A DNA stretch of 64,000 nt from Verrucomicrobiia bacterium (GTDB lineage Bacteria > Verrucomicrobiota > Verrucomicrobiia > Limisphaerales > UBA1319): the NCBI GenBank assembly GCA_963664225.1, contig OY760937.1:3616001-3680000 (forward strand), written 5' to 3'. Below are positions 61,751 through 64,000 of this stretch, piece after piece. The stretch's first letter is position 1; every line of letters starts with the position of its first letter. The notes beneath the pieces are model-generated. The model was not told where the DNA came from, did no database searches, and was given only the letters and a program-made list of their open reading frames with translations. A program made the translations under genes and the position numbers.

Positions 61751-64000
61751 TTACTTCGTCGGGTGGCTGGAGATTCTGGTGCCACGAAGCTTTCGCCCGT
61801 TCCAGTTGACCATCACTTGATTCACCTTGCCCTTCCTGTTGCGGACAAACGTCAACCGAATGTCATCCCCGACGGTCGGGCCTGGGATGAAACTTGCTGC
61901 GCCCGTCGGAAAGAATTCTTCCCTGCCAAGTCCCGCCACATGCGCAATAAGATGGCCGCCGAATTCATCGGTCGTCTGTGAGATGTTTAACTTTGGACCG
62001 ACACCGATCATTCCGAATAGCAATGTCTTTCGATACTGACCAACAAAGTCTTTGCATGCAGCCGGATCCATTTGGACCGGAGCAGGCGGCTCAGGAACAT
62101 CCCCGGAGATTTGGGTCATTTCGATGGATCCCTGCCACCCCCAACTGGTCAGAACCATTTTGGAAGCCTGATGATCCGCCACGGGCAGGAACATGAGTTG
62201 GCAGTTCCGAAAGTCGTTGCAGAAGACCGATTCCGATTGCGGAAACATTTCTGCGCTCGGAACACGCGCGCGCTCGTCAGGATGCCCACGCCATTGAATG
62301 ATGAATCGATTCGGCTCAAGGCGGATAATCCAAATCGTGCCATCAGCAGTTTTGTATTGGCCCACATAACGGGCAAGGCGTGCCATGTCCAGCTGGGATA
62401 CGCCTGCGGGTTTTGGATATCGCCCGTCCAGCAATTGCCGCCACAGGCCTGGAACGAATGTGCTGTAGTTGGCGCAATTGGATAGAACAACGACACCCCG
62501 GCGCTTCCTGACATCGAAGCACAGCTCAGTTTGATAGCCATCGACCAGTCCGCCATGCTCGAAAACATCCCCGTATTCCTGCCACGCCAACGGTCGCTTG
62601 TCTCCAGACTCCAGTGAATGGAGCGCCTCCGCCTTCTTCATCAGCGCACTGAGTGGTGAAGGGGTCAATCCCGCATAGGCCGAGACAAATTTGAGCAGGT
62701 CATTCGCAGTCGAACGTATTGAGCCTGCGCCGAGGAGACTCGGCACGTAAGAATTCGTATCGTGATCAGGCGATGAAAAGCTCTGCAGCCGGTGGCCGGG
62801 AATCGCATGACCAATGGCCAGTCGTGCCTTCAGTTCGGGTGGCAGGCTGATTCGCGTGCTGCTCATGCCCAAAGGTTGGCAGATCCGCTCAACGACGAGT
62901 GTTTCATAATCTTTGCCCGCCTTCCGCGCGATGAGATGTCCGAGCAATCCCATCCCAAGATTCGAATATTCCCAGTGCATTCCTGGAGCCTGGCCAAGGG
63001 TGGAATGAGAGAGGAAGGCGTACAAATCTCCATCGCTTTCGCGCGGCAGACCGGAGGTATGCGTGGCCAGATGGAGCAGGGTAATCTCCCTGCCATGCCA
63101 GGTGGGCAATCTGACCGATTCGGGCAAGTATTTCTGCGCGGGATCGTCCAACTTCATTTCCCCTCGCTCAATCATGTCCTGCAGAAGCAGGGCCGTGAAT
63201 ACTTTCGCAACCGAGCCGATGTGGAACAGCGTGTCCCCGTCCACCTCCCGATCGGTGCCATTATCCAATTTGCCATGGCTGATGACCCGCGGGCCATGCT
63301 CATCCACGATTCCCACTGCAAGGCCGACGGTCTGTTTTTCCGTATCGACGTTGTCCTGCAGCATGGTTTTGATTTCGGCATCGCTGAGGAGATTGGTCGC
63401 GCCATTTTCGATGCCCGCGCGGAACATCTTCTGGCATTGAGCCTGCTCCTCATTCAAAATGCGACACGTAAAACCTGATGGTCCTGTGGTGTTCAGAACT
63501 TTCAATAGGAGATGGTTCTTCCCGGCCTGAAGTTCGACCGGGACCACGTCTTCGTCCACGCACACTCCGCGGCAAATCCAGTGTTCGTGGACTGGTTTGC
63601 CATTCAACCAGACTTTCACTCCTTCGTCGCTACCGATGCCGAGATAGGCTGCCTGCTTCTCTGACACCATGAACTCTGTCCAGGCATAAGTGATCGCGTA
63701 ATCCATGGGATGACCGTCATTGGCAGTAAAAAAGACCCCTGTATCCGACTCCAATGGTTGCCACTTCATTGTGCGGCTGGAAATTTTGGCCTTCATTCCG
63801 ACCTGTGGCAGGATCCGGGCCTCGCCACCATTGTCGAGCAGCCAATCCCGGGCGAACATCTGCTTTTGGGCCGCTTCATCCGGTGCCTTGCCACGAACTG
63901 TGGCAATGGGTATGGGCTTCAAAACCAACCAGTGTTTAAGAAACTCGCCGGGCAGCAGTTCCTCTTCGGCAGCCTGGAGAGCAGCCCTGCCTGGCATGAG
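61751..64000 (-). CDS. Serine hydrolase (beta-lactamase/PBP fold) with N-terminal PA14-like domain; possibly 5'-partial
   Basis: GSVAK (SxxK), LATHTSGL, YSN, HGG; GSDEGVKVWLNG..GKNHLLLKV; frame open to the window edge. Confidence 0.85.
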   Translation of the reverse strand, partial: LMPGRAALQAAEEELLPGEFLKHWLVLKPIPIATVRGKAPDEAAQKQMFARDWLLDNGGEARILPQVGMKAKISSRTMKWQPLESDTGVFFTANDGHPMDYAITYAWTEFMVSEKQAAYLGIGSDEGVKVWLNGKPVHEHWICRGVCVDEDVVPVELQAGKNHLLLKVLNTTGPSGFTCRILNEEQAQCQKMFRAGIENGATNLLSDAEIKTMLQDNVDTEKQTVGLAVGIVDEHGPRVISHGKLDNGTDREVDGDTLFHIGSVAKVFTALLLQDMIERGEMKLDDPAQKYLPESVRLPTWHGREITLLHLATHTSGLPRESDGDLYAFLSHSTLGQAPGMHWEYSNLGMGLLGHLIARKAGKDYETLVVERICQPLGMSSTRISLPPELKARLAIGHAIPGHRLQSFSSPDHDTNSYVPSLLGAGSIRSTANDLLKFVSAYAGLTPSPLSALMKKAEALHSLESGDKRPLAWQEYGDVFEHGGLVDGYQTELCFDVRKRRGVVVLSNCANYSTFVPGLWRQLLDGRYPKPAGVSQLDMARLARYVGQYKTADGTIWIIRLEPNRFIIQWRGHPDERARVPSAEMFPQSESVFCNDFRNCQLMFLPVADHQASKMVLTSWGWQGSIEMTQISGDVPEPPAPVQMDPAACKDFVGQYRKTLLFGMIGVGPKLNISQTTDEFGGHLIAHVAGLGREEFFPTGAASFIPGPTVGDDIRLTFVRNRKGKVNQVMVNWNGRKLRGTRISSHPTK

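Overview
Bacterial chromosomal window, most likely Verrucomicrobiota (Pedosphaera/Limisphaera-like). This is inferred from the H-X9-DG prepilin protein, PA14/Ig surface proteins with F(Y/F)(R/Q)L-type C-terminal tails and a PEP-CTERM remnant. In order it holds: a 1709-aa surface protein; argJBDF; sugar oxidoreductase/epimerase genes; oppBC; a nuclease-FeS helicase fusion; a BlaI/BlaR1-type pair with clear operators; hypF-hypC-nifJ-pyrD-like; an ABC operon with a permease-adaptor fusion; an FGE-sulfatase gene split by an IS1380 element plus a group II intron; a MacAB-type exporter; an IS481 element; GH92/GH95/GH2 glycosidases; tRNA-Leu(CAG) followed by a probable decayed island with a ~2.1-kb tandem array; and a two-gene Hcp cassette. 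Two signals stand out. (1) The intron's EBS1/EBS2 pair exactly with the IS1380 terminal inverted repeat, and the intron sits inside the IS target-site duplication, so it appears to home to IS ends. (2) An orphan T6SS Hcp tube domain carries a Sec signal peptide and is paired with a secreted repeat protein; no other T6SS genes lie in the window. All family calls are from motif recognition by eye; no searches were run.
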